Positions 39,501-53,100 of a DNA stretch of 64,000 bases are shown piece after piece (within the stretch, counting starts at the first letter, position 1; each line of letters begins with the position of its first letter). The notes under the pieces are model-generated. The model searched no databases and was not told the origin of the DNA. It saw only the letters and a list, made by a program, of their open reading frames with translations. The DNA comes from Fimbriosthenelais zetlandica (taxonomy: Eukaryota), in contig OZ365115.1 in NCBI GenBank assembly GCA_977030845.1, positions 31,744,001 through 31,808,000 on the forward strand. The letters are read 5' to 3'. The translations under genes and the position numbers were made by a program.

Positions 39501-42500
39501 AACACATTTGAGAATATTTGTGGCTCTCTGTACCTCAACCCTTCACCCTGGTGTGTCATCTAGGGGGATCAGTATAGACTTGAGGGCTGCGGACCCTTGT
39601 GGACACACACCTGACACTTTTAAACACCAAGACGTGCCCAACATTTAATGCAGAAACCCCCATACCAACACATTTCCAAGCAAAAGGACACCTCCCCTCA
39701 TCAAGATGGAAATATATGCAGAAAGAACTGTACTGATGTGTTAGTACAAGGAAGTATACGGGACTTAATAATATACTCTCGCTCTTTCTCTATACGTTTG
39801 ATTAAAATATTACGGCCTCATGTTTTGTATGTAAACTGGACTGGTGTCAGTTCCACCAACATCCTTTTGGGCCTTCATCTGATGGTGTTTCACGCCACAT
39901 TGATGAGGAAGATTTCAAGAAGGAGCTTTTCTAGAACCACTCTCAATGATTTTGATTTATCTTAAATTTTAATATGGGAAATTTACTTCAGTTTCCAGTT
40001 GAGTGAACACTTTGAAGTGTGGAATTATTCAATGTTACACCTGTGGGGCGTATATCATTGGACATCTTGGCAGAGGATGACCTTTTCAAAATCAGATCAG
40101 AGGCTGCAGGATATGCTAATTGAAAGGCTCCAACGGAAAATTAGACGAAATTATAGACCAATGACATTGAGTTCAAAGGGGGTTTCGATAAATATGCATT
40201 CAAATATAATAACTTCAATTGGTCGTATAATTTTTGACAAATTCGTAATATACAATATTACGGTAGTTTTTTGTAAATCCAGAGAGTTGATCAAGTTCGG
40301 AATGTTATTGTTATAGACCTTAGAGGCAAACGGAACAAAAACTCAAAAGTGGTTCATTCGGTATAGTAAGGAATTATTTAAAGTATGCCTATGAATCTAA
40401 GGCCAATCACAATACATCACGAGAGACAGTGATCCTTATGAATTGAATTCCTCAGGAGGGAGTTATTTGTATCTGAATTATTATTACCACCGCTTGAGAA
40501 AAGAGTATAGAGCTGTGTATGTATAGTAGTAGGAGATCATTGGGGTGGTGGTGGTTGGTGGCTGGGGTGGTTAGAGTGATTTAAGACTTTGACTCATGTT
40601 GCTCAGCAGTTAGTGAGGGAGACTCGATTCTCCTCGCCAGCTTTGCCCTGTAATTAAGCTCCCAGTCCTCACAATAGAGAGTCTAGCATCAGGTCGCCAG
40701 CTAGAGGTAGGATGTCAGTTTCTGGGATGATTTTCAGTCGGCCTCATATACTCACTCTCCCATGGCTATTGTCGCATAATGTAGCTTATTGATTTGACTC
40801 AAAACAAAACTTGGGACTAAAAAAATCAAGCATGAACGTGGAGAGTGTTTCTTCTTCAGCGGTAAAAATTCATGGTACCAATAGGATAGGAGTTGTATCA
40901 AAAGTGTATTTGTATCTGGTGAAAACCTGATAAACTTATCTGATTTGTACACAATGTGAATTAGCTTTGTGAAAAAGTAGTCTAACTATAGCAATTGAAC
41001 ACAAGCTGTAAACATATCTTCCAGTATTGTCCCAGCAGCACCCTCTCATTTTCCCTCATCAGCTCTTCATTTGGAGATTCATATCTAACTTATTTTTTCT
41101 CGGCTAGACCTCTGGGGGCATTGAGTTCTGTCACATGAACTTCAGTCCAACATATGTAACAACAAACAGAACTAAATTGGAAAAACTACAGCCAGAAGCA
41201 CACATCCCTATATACCAGGGGAAGCTCAATTTTGTCTTGACTTTGAAATTGTTTTTGCTTGAAGGTCCGGATATATAGGAGAAACATTAGTTGGGAAAGG
41301 CGGTCCCCTTTGTTCTCGCATGATTTATCGCAAGAAAACAGAAAATCATTGGTGCGAAACCAGTCCCTCCAGTCTATATATAATAGAGTCATTCCAACAA
41401 ACTCATAAAAGAAATGATTCATATTGTCAGGTTTGGTGTAAAGATGACACAGAGCTATGGGTGTATATATGTCACAATCAGCTGGGAATGTGCCATGATT
41501 TGCGTGTAATCCGCCAATATAATGGCACTGCCCGACTGATTTTATACCTGAAAATCATTTTCCTTTATCATAAAAAGAGAGATCATCACTCATGAGTGTA
41601 ATAATTATATCCAAGAAATAAAAATGCAGATGCATATTATCATGAAGTGTGCCCGGGGCACTATAATTCTGAGGGCGGCATAAAGCCCTAAAGGAGGACA
41701 ATGTTTTTGTCGAGGGCCATCAAAATATCCTGTTTATTATAATGTGATTCATATTAACTCATATGATCAATCTCCATCCAAAGTCCCTTTCCCACATTGC
41801 CATGTGAGAACCTCCTTTGAAGTGCAATAGTAACAAAGGATTGTATATATTAAAATTACCCTCCCCCACCTATACCCGAGTCTAGAAGTATACATCGCCA
41901 TTGGGACCAAAGAATGGACCAAAAAATATTTAAGTTTATTACCATAGAAGGCTGAATGAATGGCGGAAAATACAACATCCATACACAAAGATGTAAAAGT
42001 CAATTGGTTCAGTCAGCCACATATATCATCGAAAGAAGGTCAGGAGTATTCTATTACATTTCTATGCAATGTCCAACGCTTGCTCCCTTAAAGGAACAAT
42101 TATCCCACCTGTAGATAAATCAGACCTATATGAAGATGCTTGGGCCCCCTAGTCTTTCCATTAGATAAAAAAGACAGATAAGGAGCTCCTTCATCTCGTA
42201 GTGTCACCTGCCGCAGCGCATTGGATCCTGTAGAGTGGGACCAGTCCAATTAACCGACCCCACAATGTCAGAGGTGGTCAACTTTGACCTGCCGAAGCAA
42301 AGAGGTTGACAAGGGAATCACAAAGTGATGATTTTCAGGCTATGGAATCATTAAGGCCCCAGCTGGCCCCCATGGGGGCATCCAACAAAGCTTTTACCTT
42401 TACCAAATCACAGACCTTGGATCCAGCAATCCCACCCCTTCTGAAATCTGATCCGCCAGAAAATGGGCACCTTTGAGAGCAGATTTATTTAGCTGGCTAT

Positions 42501-44063
42501 GGTACAGACTACAAAGGCTCTAATCGAATGGAATAAACTACTGTGAAAGCCTAGCTTTGCTCCGATCCTATGGCAGGGTTTTAAGGTGTAATATGTAACC
42601 CTTGTGTCTGAAGTTTCATTCATAACATTTATAGTAGGTATATATGCATGGAGGGGTGGGCTCCTCTGCCAAGGTGGGACATAGGCAATCTGGAGCGCGT
42701 CCGAGGATTTCCGATTTAAACCTCTTTTCCACCCAACTCTGTATCCCCTTTTCAATACATGTCTTGAGGGTGAATAGAGAGACAGGGTAGGTGACATCTA
42801 TTCTTTAGTATCTGTATAATGTTGAGTAGGAGAACTTCAGAACTTCCCTCTTATGCTTTCATACCATTGAAGTCCCATTCACGCCAGACTTGCTAAAGGC
42901 AATAGAAGCATCCGATGTGATATGTCTCGATCTCATCCCAGAATGTTGTCTTTAATATCGCTTGAGTAGAACCTGAGAAAAGCTATTTTTCTCAGAATGA
43001 AACTGTATACTACTCTAGCTGCCTCTCCAGTCAGTTCACATGCGTGGACATCTTATGTATGCATCGGATGCTCTTCGATGCTCATAGGAGCATATCCCCC
43101 ACGCAGTCCTAACATTTTTTTTCTCAGAGACAATCCATCCAACCATCGCGCATTTAAAATGCATTTTATTATTTACACGGGCATTTTCACCAGCTGATTA
43201 TACTGTTGAATATAAGTACCAAAAAAAAAGAAACCTCTATTTTCCTTAACGTCTTTCATTAGATTTATGAATATTCCGGAGCATGCAATTTCCTTCGGTC
43301 ACATATGATTTTAATATCTTTGCCAACCACAAAATACCAACAAATTTATCTTCATCGAACTTCAAAGCTGTCCCTCAAGATCCCTATGGTTGTCACTACA
43401 ATTTGCTCAACACAATAACCATAAATAATGGATCTTCAATTTTTTCCCAGGCTGTCTTCTGGGGATGGAGTTGTTGAGAATGAATATATATTCACAGGGC
43501 GTCTCCCCAAATGTAAAAAGTTTATCTTTATAGATAAAACACGTAGATGTGATTGATATCGTTCTTTATCCGGTCCGCCTGACTATTCTATAATAATTGT
43601 GTTTTGTAACAATAGAAGCTGCTTTTGGAGCCTGTGAAACGATCCAAAGATCAAGGTTGACATATCTTCAACAATTATCCCGTAGATAAAAAGCAATTCA
43701 TACTAAATGTGTGTATATTTGGTAATATCTGAGACACATCTCCACTTTAGCAATAGATAAAAACACGGAAAATATGACATGGCCATTGTTGCGTTGGTTG
43801 CCATTGTTGCTAATGTCAGCTATTATCATTTAGGCCCCTACTACCACCAGTTAATGGATAAATATTACACATCATAACGCACATATTGCCTCTTAAAATC
43901 TCACAGGGATGCAACTATGAATGGTATATATGGGCATTTTTTTATCTTAAAAAAAGGTATATCCTTAAATAAAAATTAAATTATTACCTGCATGACTGGC
44001 AAAGACAAGGACGTTGAGTAGGGCCAGCAGTGTCCACACCTGGCGATCCATGAAGGCTTTCAT
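18220..44063 (-). CDS. Secreted, probably GPI-anchored cysteine-rich protein with two tandem 12-Cys DUF19-like helical domains; 9 coding exons, 476 aa
   Basis: Coding exons 44063-43988, 34490-34331, 29506-29382, 26011-25900, 22672-22512, 22404-22254, 20800-20658, 18864-18705, 18562-18220. All introns are GT-AG with compatible phases (1,2,1,2,1,2,1,2), total 1431 nt, no internal stop. N-terminus MKAFMDRQVWTLLALLNVLVFASHA is a signal peptide. C-terminus ...SQSSSLHQKLSWLLSVAAAILVLAMTR* is a hydrophobic tail with no cytoplasmic segment. The DUF19 (PF01579)-like label is inferred from Cys number and spacing, not from a search. Confidence 0.85.
18705..18864 (-). CDS. DUF19-like gene coding exon 8
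   Basis: TCTCTTCAG acceptor, GTAAGT donor; YLRYMTCYRQVLANDSLSRCDKTWEELQPKLNSITAQEFYCQTNSNDTKRLR(I); phase 1 to 2. Confidence 0.85.
19179..19220. repeat. Perfect inverted repeat (20-bp arms, 2-nt spacer)
   Basis: cctggtgccttcccctaaaa-gt-ttttaggggaaggcaccagg. Confidence 0.95.
20658..20800 (-). CDS. DUF19-like gene coding exon 7
   Basis: TTGCAG acceptor, AAG|GTAAAG donor; AFKAYKRCTRPIKDSCRKGAKILYDYDGGLRTYLLKMDYICERGVKK(D); phase 2 to 1. Confidence 0.85.
22254..22404 (-). CDS. DUF19-like gene coding exon 6
   Basis: CTCTCCAG acceptor, GTATGT donor; FRYDSQCPDDRFPVRMEECRNSFLNPEVNFHDDNELVAMGKRKDIKRAC(K); phase 1 to 2. Confidence 0.85.
22512..22672 (-). CDS. DUF19-like gene coding exon 5
   Basis: TTTTTCAG acceptor, CAG|GTATAT donor; FITENVRCKESLVTSACGATAGELAFHLFKLSSRKRVRKRRCVIPHHPPQEYT(G); phase 2 to 1. 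Confidence 0.8.
25900..26011 (-). CDS. DUF19-like gene coding exon 4
   Basis: CTTTTTCAG acceptor, GTAAGT donor; (N)CQKELQCFEQQYEGVLSRRCDAFYRFNVRQGTRDKC(H); phase 1 to 2. Confidence 0.85.
27902..27923 (+). other. G-quadruplex-forming motif
   Basis: GGGG T GGGGG A GGGG ACGT GGG. Confidence 0.6.
29382..29506 (-). CDS. DUF19-like gene coding exon 3
   Basis: TTCTTGCAG acceptor, GTAAGT donor; EFLEFGDCIAPMMEKCSSIQKAHHHWKVIYDAMKCVCNGTT; phase 2 to 1. Confidence 0.85.
34331..34490 (-). CDS. DUF19-like gene coding exon 2
   Basis: TTTTCCAG acceptor, GTAAGT donor; (A)SAAMTFITPECVLDDDGTNPLIERCLRKGDRFVEKYLRHVRTNKQWQYFDTC(T); phase 1 to 2. Confidence 0.85.
42660..43040 (-). mobile_element. Possible decayed Ty3/Gypsy gag remnant (SCAN-related capsid)
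   Basis: Minus-strand peptides ELTGEAARVVYSF..SSDIKDNIL and GIQSWVEKR..P..LAEE resemble Gypsy gag LTG.A..Y..L / DY..LK.AIL and SCAN-like LQ.WV.E..P..LAE motifs; frameshifts needed. Confidence 0.3.
43988..44063 (-). CDS. DUF19-like gene coding exon 1 (signal peptide)
   Basis: ATG at 44063; MKAFMDRQVWTLLALLNVLVFASHA plus 1 nt; donor CAG|GTAATA; upstream acceptor TTTCAG at 44212, so the exon is 44211-43988 including 5'UTR. Confidence 0.8.
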
Positions 44064-44079
44064 GATAATCCTGTAAATC

Positions 44080-44186
44080 TTAATCCGGTAATCCTGTAAT
44101 CTCCACTAATAGCCTACTGCTCATGAGCTGCTCTCACCAGCTCCAAGTAGAACATCTGTCTCCAGCGAGCTGACACTGCTCCTCAT
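44080..44186 (-). promoter_or_regulatory. Three overlapping upstream ORFs in the 5'UTR
   Basis: uORFs 44186-44121 (21 aa), 44155-44114 (13 aa), 44124-44080 (14 aa), one per frame, inside the exon carrying the main ATG (44063). Confidence 0.6.
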
Positions 44187-47100
44187 GGCTTTAAATACAC
44201 CTCACAGACACCTGAAATGAGAGAAAGAATAATTCATAAGAATTTTGTTTTTTTTCCTGGCATTTTTATTGATAAATGCAAAATCTGTGGTCGTGTTCCC
44301 CTTCTTGGAACAATTAACAATCAACTCATGACCATTTGTTTCATGTTCCTGATATTTTAGGGGAGATGTTTTTCAAAAAAAGTTTTGTGACATCAGAAAT
44401 AGCATTGGGATGGGTTTGTAACGGCAGTGCTCGTTCCCTTTGACCCTGAGGTAGACGGACTTTGTCTTTCAAGAAATATTTCATTAATAGGGGGAGTTGA
44501 GAGGACGACATGATTGTAAATGATCGGTATTCTACACAAACAAGATTTTAAAGAGATAATCTTGCTTGTTAATTGGAGTGAAATCAATCAGATTTGAAAG
44601 CCATACTATTATAAAAGCTGCAAGGCTTCCTCTCAGTCCACTGGGAGGTGGCAATACTATTAGTGTAGGCAGAGGGCGATTGTTCTCAGCCTTGGGATCG
44701 TGATGAAGCCAAAACGTGCCATGATGAATGTTATCAAACAAAATCTTTTTCCAAAAAATACTTTTTCCTTGGAAGCGTAATGGGAATAGCACTGAGGACA
44801 CGAATATCACCACTCATGGCAGCTTTTTGTTACCGGATGACAGAGATTTGTCTCCTTCTTCTGGATCCATTTTTGGATCACTTGGTTGTAGATACAAGTG
44901 CATCCAGGCGGGGCCTATCTGGGGTATATTCAGGTTAGGGGATCAAAGATTTCAAATTCAATCCTTTACAAAAACACTGGCATGCTTAGAGTAATTCAGG
45001 GCCAAGGGTTTAGGCTTGGTCTTATCCCCTAACCACACGAAAAGATGAATGCTTGGTAAATAGGGTGGGTAGAGTTTGAAAGCCATCCACAAGAGTTCTA
45101 TTCTCAGATTCACATCTCTTATAGTTAAATACATACTGATTGGGAGGCTAATTTCCCTATGTTTAACTTGAACTTGGAAGCTAGCGTCAATTACAAAAAG
45201 TTCTATAATTATCTAGTTAACTTAGAATTCCATTTCCAAAGGCCAGACGAGTACATGCCAATAACACTTTGAGGTAATGTACCTATTCTGCTAGCAGATT
45301 TATTTCATAATTATACCCAATTTCACCAAAAGAATGTTCTACATGTTTACCGTCTCATTACCTGACCTTGAAATTTTATAAAATTCATCCCGACATAAAA
45401 AGGATCATAAATTGAAAACTGGTGTTTGTGATTCTTTCTCGGGATACTGACTTTTATATTTCCTAACTTCGAAGGTTCCAATGACTCCTATTACATATAT
45501 CAATCCTCTCACATTTCTCCAGGACTTATCAAATGATGTCATATCTTAAGGTATAACAGAAATGGAAAACTCCCCCACAGTAGGCACGTGGTAAATTTTC
45601 CAAATGATCACAACAAAATGACATGTTTGTGCATGACGTTTTTCTACTTTTCAAAAGAAATAGTTTTTTCCCTGAGATTTCGATGTCGCGTCAAATTTAA
45701 TCCTATTATGAATATATGATGGCATTTGTTTTTCTTCGGGAAGGGCTTGTCCAAACATGGGGATTTAAGTCTAAGTGTTTTTGTTTGTATCAGGTATATC
45801 GAAAAGTTGAGTGATGGAATGTTCTGTGAGGTCACGGGATAGAGTTAGTAGTCGAGCCATGATTTGGGTTTTTTTAAACTTAATCATATAGTTCTTGATG
45901 CCTGGTTTCTAATGCTAATATAGTTGGGACCTTTTATTTAACGGAAATAAGTCTTAACGTATCCCTCGGCAATCGTTTGGCTCATTTCCTTGAACTCAGT
46001 ATGACTGTTAAGTAAGAGCAATAATGTCACCATTCACGGATATATCGGTGATGGGTAGAGGTGAAATGAATGCATTTTGTTACAAGTTTCAATACCTATT
46101 TTTTTGAACTTGGAATACCTGCATGGACCCCAAGGTTTAATCGATAAAAGCCAACATTATTTCCTCATAAATATCTCATTTAGGTTTCAGATGTTAAACT
46201 TTTGTATTGAAATAATAGAAAATATTTGGAGTTTCGTGACTTGGAATAAGCCTACTACCATAGGCTTGCTCTAACACTTCAAGTAAAGAGCAATAATGTC
46301 AATTGAAAAGGCACACAGTTATGCAAAGGAAAACTGAAGAGAAGATCTCGTTCAGAGGCGTTCTTTGCTTGAAATGTCATTGAACAAGGTGCTTACATAG
46401 GATTTGCATTTGAAGATGCTACGAATGTTAAAAAATTTCATATTCTTCAATTCTATTCAGGGTAGCAAAGTATTTTGAATAGACAATAGACTCCACTTCT
46501 ATAGCATTGTCTATTGGAAATCAATTCCTTAGGGAGTGATTTCTTGAGGGTGTTAGCTTCCTATTCTGCATCCTTTTTCCCACCCAACACCCCCTCATTT
46601 CCAATCCTCTTTCTTGGATTGAACAACATTCCCTCGGCGTCCCTTTTCTTCAGCCAAATTTTTACTCACACAACTGGTACTTTGAGAACACATATACCCC
46701 AACATGGACAACAACCTCCCCCCACTAGATTTGCATCACATTCAAAGGGGTAAAACGTTGGTCTGGAAAAAAGCTGGATTTGAGTGAAAGTCACGACGGC
46801 GGCCATTTTGTTACACCATGGCTGGGAGCAGCGATAGATGTCTCTGTGTAAACAGTGCATTATGCTGCAGCATACACCTCCCTTGTCAACTGACATTCCC
46901 CCTTAAATACATGCCCTTGGATCTTCTAACAAAAGTGCTGGGGAAAATCAAGACAGAACTGTCACTCATATCGAAAACAAAAGCAAACAGAAAGCATGGT
47001 TAATTATGCAGACGATTAGACGAAGCTGCAAAACGTACAGTTATTGGTTGATCTTAAACGACATGTTTGGTGTTGGCGAGGAGGACGTAAACCCTGAAAC

Positions 47101-50100
47101 GTCCAGGGAGAATATCAGTCTAAGAACATAAAAGAGGAACTATTTAGAAGTCTCCTCAGCGCTGCAGCCCGTCTTTTTTTGTGGTTTTCCATCATTCTCT
47201 CTGTATGAATAGGAATTCTGGCCTCCAGTCCAAACACACCCGAGTATTGGGAGTTAGAAGGGGAGGTGGCGTTCTCCGCTCGTGAAAAATTCCTAAGGTT
47301 GACTGATTGTCTAATAAACTTGTTCTTGAATCCTTTGTTTATCCAAATATAATAATGAGTAGATGATATTTATATGCATACATTTATAATAATGGAAGAT
47401 AGACAACTTTTGGACTGATTCCTGTTTAGTATGACTAAAGGTCCTCTAGGACGATGCCATCAAATAGATATACTTGGTGAGGGATGAGTGATTCAACCTG
47501 CAGAAAAACAGTTTTGTTAAAGAGGGGCAGGTTAAACTCATGCCTGGGTTAGAAATGTCCATATTTACCTTTAAATACGTGATTTACCATGAAAGAAACA
47601 GGGAAAGGTATTAGCATGATGGCATTTAAGTCAGAAGAGAGGGGGAGGTTCTACGGTGAATATCGTCAGGGCCTCTAGCTTTGCTGATAAAAAAGGATCC
47701 ACAAATCAGTCAAAGAAAGCAGGGAAATGGGATATATCCTTCTCATACTATATGAACACTAAGTTCTAAAAAGACAAGACAGGTCTGGACATTCATTGGA
47801 CAAATAAAATATTCCACATTTTATAAGTTGCACAGTGGGACACGTGTGCTAACTTAGTACACCCAACATTTATAAGCCTCCAATCCCTTTTGTGCCTTTC
47901 TAATACAAACGAGCGGTAAATTCTTTATTCAAATCCACCTTTGTAAAATTAAAGCCTTCAAAAAATACCCTCTCACTTTGTGTCATCAAAAAATCATCTT
48001 TGATGAGGGAAGGACTTTGAAGAGCTCTCAATAGCCCTCATATCCTGGCTGTGAATCAATTAGCTACGGTCGTTAACCTCAGAACTCATTTGAATAATTC
48101 AGAGATGACCTTTGTTGGGGCTTTTGTGTTGGGATTGATGAGCAACTTTCTAACCTGTCATCATTGTATAGGGGAGTGTCATACATGGATATATGCTAAT
48201 CCTATCAGCTGGAGGTGATTTGTTAATGCTTATACACCTGTATCTACTGCCCATCGGACCCAGGCCAGGCAGAAGTATAGTTGTACATCAATCCAATGTG
48301 AAATTATCAAGAATGCAGGACGATTCGGATTGGAACACCAACACCCTTTCTTGATTTCCAGGGTAGGTTAGAATGCCCCTGAATCCCGTTTTCTTTCACT
48401 AACTTTGTGAGGAAATTACTTTCAATTGGTCAGAGATTTCCCCAGTTTCTTGGCCTAGCCTTCATGCCTCAGTAGTATAGGTATAAATGGCCACTATGCC
48501 CTCTTTTTCCTTCTGAATGACCTTTCGGTGGTCTTTCCCAAAGACGGAGATGCCAACAAATGAATGGAGGAAGGCACAATGCTATCAGCTACTTTATCTT
48601 GTGTAGGGGGAGGTTTTGACTGACCGAGCCTTCCTCTCTATGCCTAAGTAGCCTTATGTTCTGCTAATTTTCCGGCAGCGGCTCTGAATCTTATTTATAC
48701 CCCCTCTAAGGCTAGTAGGGTCATGGCCTCTTCGAGAGCCCAAATGGATATAGGGAATTCAGACTGCCCCTGTCCCTCCTTTTGCCCTTTATATTTGTTG
48801 AGGAGGCTGAGAGGCTGGTGAGTTTCAATAGAGGGACGGAAGTATCATGGACTTAAGGCAACGCTATATTAAATGATGTTAAAGACTTTTGAAACCTATA
48901 GATTTGAGCGTCTTTCCTTTGAAGACGAATGATTTACGTACAGTTCTTGAAGGGGATGTGCTGCATTTGCCATGGTTATTTATTATGTAAATTATATAGT
49001 ACGATTTCATTTTATATTGGAATCATTTGGGGTTTTCCGTCAACATTAGGATATTGTGGAGCATATATCAATAAGGTACACGCACTAAGTACACGCATTA
49101 AGGAGCATATATATGATATATGACGATGTATGGACTCTAGCCCTTCTATGGGAAGAATAAATGTCCATCTATTGTAAAATAATAAATCTTGTTGAGTTGT
49201 ACTTGGTACAGCTTATGACACTCTGGCTCGTCTCTCCAACCTTACTTGAATTTATTATTCAAATGTTACAAGGTCGCGGAAAATGAGCCAATTTTGTCCC
49301 TGATTATGTCAAAGTGGTCGAAAAATAGATAATAGGGGTGTTTAAAGGGGGTAGTGGGGGTCGACTACGTCACCAAGTTGAGCAGGTTCCACAACTTCAA
49401 AGCTCTCCAGGAGCTCGTTAAAGGGCCTCCCACGCTTGGGACATTTTTTTGTAACTTTTTTGTCTGCCTATCTATATTTGAATCTCGATGGGAATCTGAT
49501 TGAAGGAAGAGATAGGTGCGGGAGAACTCAGGTTAAATTAAATGAATTGGCATGACAATATCATCTGAAGTTCCCCAGTTCACGTCCTTTGGAAATCAAA
49601 ATATCTCATCACATCTAAATTAAATATCTTTGATGGAGAGCTTTGGGCAGATAGAGCACCTGACAGACAAGCAATTGACACCATCTATCACTCTGGCTGA
49701 TTATATCGTCCATACGTACACAATAGTGACATATTGTATAGTATACATGTAGATCAATGAGGGATATGGTAATACAATGCAGAGTGGCAAAAGGCATTGA
49801 TAGACTCTTAATATATCATTTTATATAATATTATCGACATAGATTCACCTTGAATTCCCCATTTTGTCTGATGAGTAAATTATCCGAAACATCTTAAGAT
49901 GTTGAGCTCATATCAAGAACATGAAAACAGCTTCTTTCCCAAGGAAAATACCATTATTAGGGAAATATTTCATATTTCGCCCTTGTGATTATGAATTATA
50001 ATTACCAGACATGCCAAGTACCGTAAGATTGATGAAAGATGATAAAGCTCCGTTAAACTAATAATTCATAATTATTGTGCCTCAATCAACACTCAACATG

Positions 50101-53100
50101 TTGTTAAATTCTTCATTTATTTGAATTAACGCAAAGACCATAACGATGCAGCTCCATGTTTATGTCAATTTTGGCAGCTACCCAGCACCTCTCCTTAACA
50201 TGCGACACTTTTTGTGTCGTTTATATTCAAACACAAACCAGACAATTTTTACCCTTACTAAAAACAATTATCCATGCAAGTTTTTTCTTAAGGAAACAGA
50301 CCATGGCACCAGCCGTGATGGAGAGCGAGGAGTCGGATTTTCCTAGCATTTAATATCATTATGATACCTTGGGGCAACATTTGGGGAAATTATTTTTGCC
50401 TTGCTTCAGGCTATTTTATAAGTTATATCAATTGTGTCATACTCAGAAAAGTGTGCACAATTATGGTATTTAATCTTGACAGGGGGTGCGAGAATAAAGG
50501 GGGTCATGGTAGCATGGTAGGGGGTTACCATAGGGATAAGGTACATACCCCCAGGTAACAATAATTCACCTTGTTCGCCGCCTTACTTAACTTTATTTAT
50601 GGGACAATCACTTGGCCTTTGTTCCCTCTCGTTGTTCCCCCTGCCTAAGTAACAATTATCTTGTTTCGGATGTCTGTATGTTATACCTTTAACAGGGATA
50701 GGGAATATTGAAAGCTGAGGACCCCTCATGACATTCCAAGTCTCGGTCAGTATCTCTTGTACAACTGCCCATTCTTATCTGCAATCGCATAATATAAACT
50801 TGGTATTCTATTAGAAAGGGTAACGGCAAAAAGTGTCTGTCATCTCAAACCAAATCCAACGGGAAATAGCTGTAATCCGATAAATTGGGTATAAAAAATC
50901 ATTGGGTATTTTTCCTTGAAACAGAAATATATGATACCTGTTTATTCTAGGATTTGAGAAGAAATAAACTGATATTGAATTTCATTTCCATGTCTCTTTC
51001 ATGTAGAAGCATGTTCCCCACACCCGTTTTTAGCAGTGATTTCATCTTTAGAATATGAACACGTTTCCCACATTCCAGCACAATGAAATCGAAGCTCAGC
51101 AAAAATACCTGTCACCATTGAGCTTTGAGAATGATGATATGGATGTTCACTACAGGGTTCACAGCTGCTCATACAAGGAGCACTGTGTCGGCAGACCACG
51201 TGGAAATGTGAGATTCGGGTGAGACTGACAGACAAGGGTCATTTTTTACACAGGATTGTCTAAAGTGGTGTAATAGAGAGTCAAACCAAATAGTGATACA
51301 GGTATTGGTTTAGGTAGGTAGGTGTTAAACTGGTGCAAATGGGGGGAAAGGTAGATCTGTTGGCATAAAGGGCGTATGTATGTCTACATTCCATGTCTAC
51401 AAGGACAGGGGTTCCAAACCTTGAAGGGACAGAAGGCAGGAACCTTCTCTAAAGCAACTTCGTCTTAAGCATTTAGGGGCATCTAGGCCTACAAAAAGGA
51501 TGCATACATATATGTAGTTCACATATTTGTATAATGAAATCCGATAAATGTAGAGAACCGGGAATTTATATGAGGTTTTTTTAATAAGAGAATTTTTTTA
51601 ATAACTATAAGAGATGCAGAGGTTGATGACCTACCGGTCTCAAGGACAGAACAGTCATCCCTACAACTAAAAGATAACTTAATTTTATAACAGGATTTGT
51701 CAGGTATGATTCAGGCCAGCATTGTAGGGAGTGGGCGGGACAGACAGCCTGGGTGGTTAATAGAGAGGTAGGCAACAGACAAGACACATAACAGATGCTG
51801 GTAGACACAGACGCTGGATCCTATTTGACATAAGTCCTACTTATAGGTTCCCAATGATACACTTTGTATATCAGTTCAAGCGTGCTCCAAGAACACAGAC
51901 ATTGCCCCATGGTTTTGAATTAGTAAGTAAGATAAACGAAACTTCGCAGGCTTACAAGCCACAGACAGACAGACAAAAAATTGATAATGACCTTTTGGGG
52001 CCTTCGGGGCTTTGGGTATGTTTGTGGTATAGGATATCACTGCAACCAATTAACCCCAGTTTAAATATTCTGCCTTATTCTGGTTAGTACTACCAAAGTT
52101 TCGATATTATATAACCGGCTCCTCACAAGGAAAAAAAAATTCATCCACCCAAATGCCACTTAATTTTTCTCTACGTTATTCCCACTTTCATGTCATTACG
52201 ACTTTAAAAAGATCACTTTCAAGACAATTATGTTTTAAAGGCATTTGGATAATTGCCTTCTATACGTATAATGATATGTATCATTAAATACCATACCAAC
52301 GCTAATTCTATCATTCCATGATATGATTATCATGTCAAATACAGTTCTGGGAGATTTCGGCAAGTCACAATAATGAGATAAATCGTACAATTAAACTTGT
52401 AGACCTTCTCTGTGAAATACAAAAATAATATAATATCTACCGTTGACTTTTACAGTCGAGCGATCATAGATTGTCTCCTTGGCCCTACAGATGTATAACT
52501 AAAGGGAAGGTGCTAAACCAGACAATTCATGCAAACATGATTGATGAGACTATAATGAATTTGTGTAAAGCCAAATCAGTGCACCAAATCCGTCAAAAAC
52601 AAAAACAGCATCTGCGGATTCTGGATAATGATCTGTTCATCTTCTATCAGGGGATGATTATATTATAAGGTATATTTATGCATATCTAGATCAAAATCCT
52701 CCTTTGATCTTGTCCTTTACTGCAGCCCAAAAAGATGCTGCTGATTGCTATACTGCACACATAGCCATAGCCTTCATATATACTGTTGTCCTCTACGTTC
52801 CCAAGCTTCTCCGCGTTTGTTGGGAAAAAAATATCACCTGTAATTTGGTTGAGCAGCCATGAATAGGTGAACCAGATGGACTGGTTACTCTCACGCTAGT
52901 GGTCAGCCAGTGAGGGGTGTCATTAGTCAAGCAGTGGTTGCCCTCGTGCCCCAGGTCACTCCCATGGATACCCACCAAAGACAGGATGAGAAAAGGACAT
53001 GTGTAATTTGGGATTGCTATATGCCCATGTCCTGAAACAAACTATAGGGTAGAAAGGAAGAGGGAGGATTCTGACCTGAAATTAACTTTCAAATGGTCTA

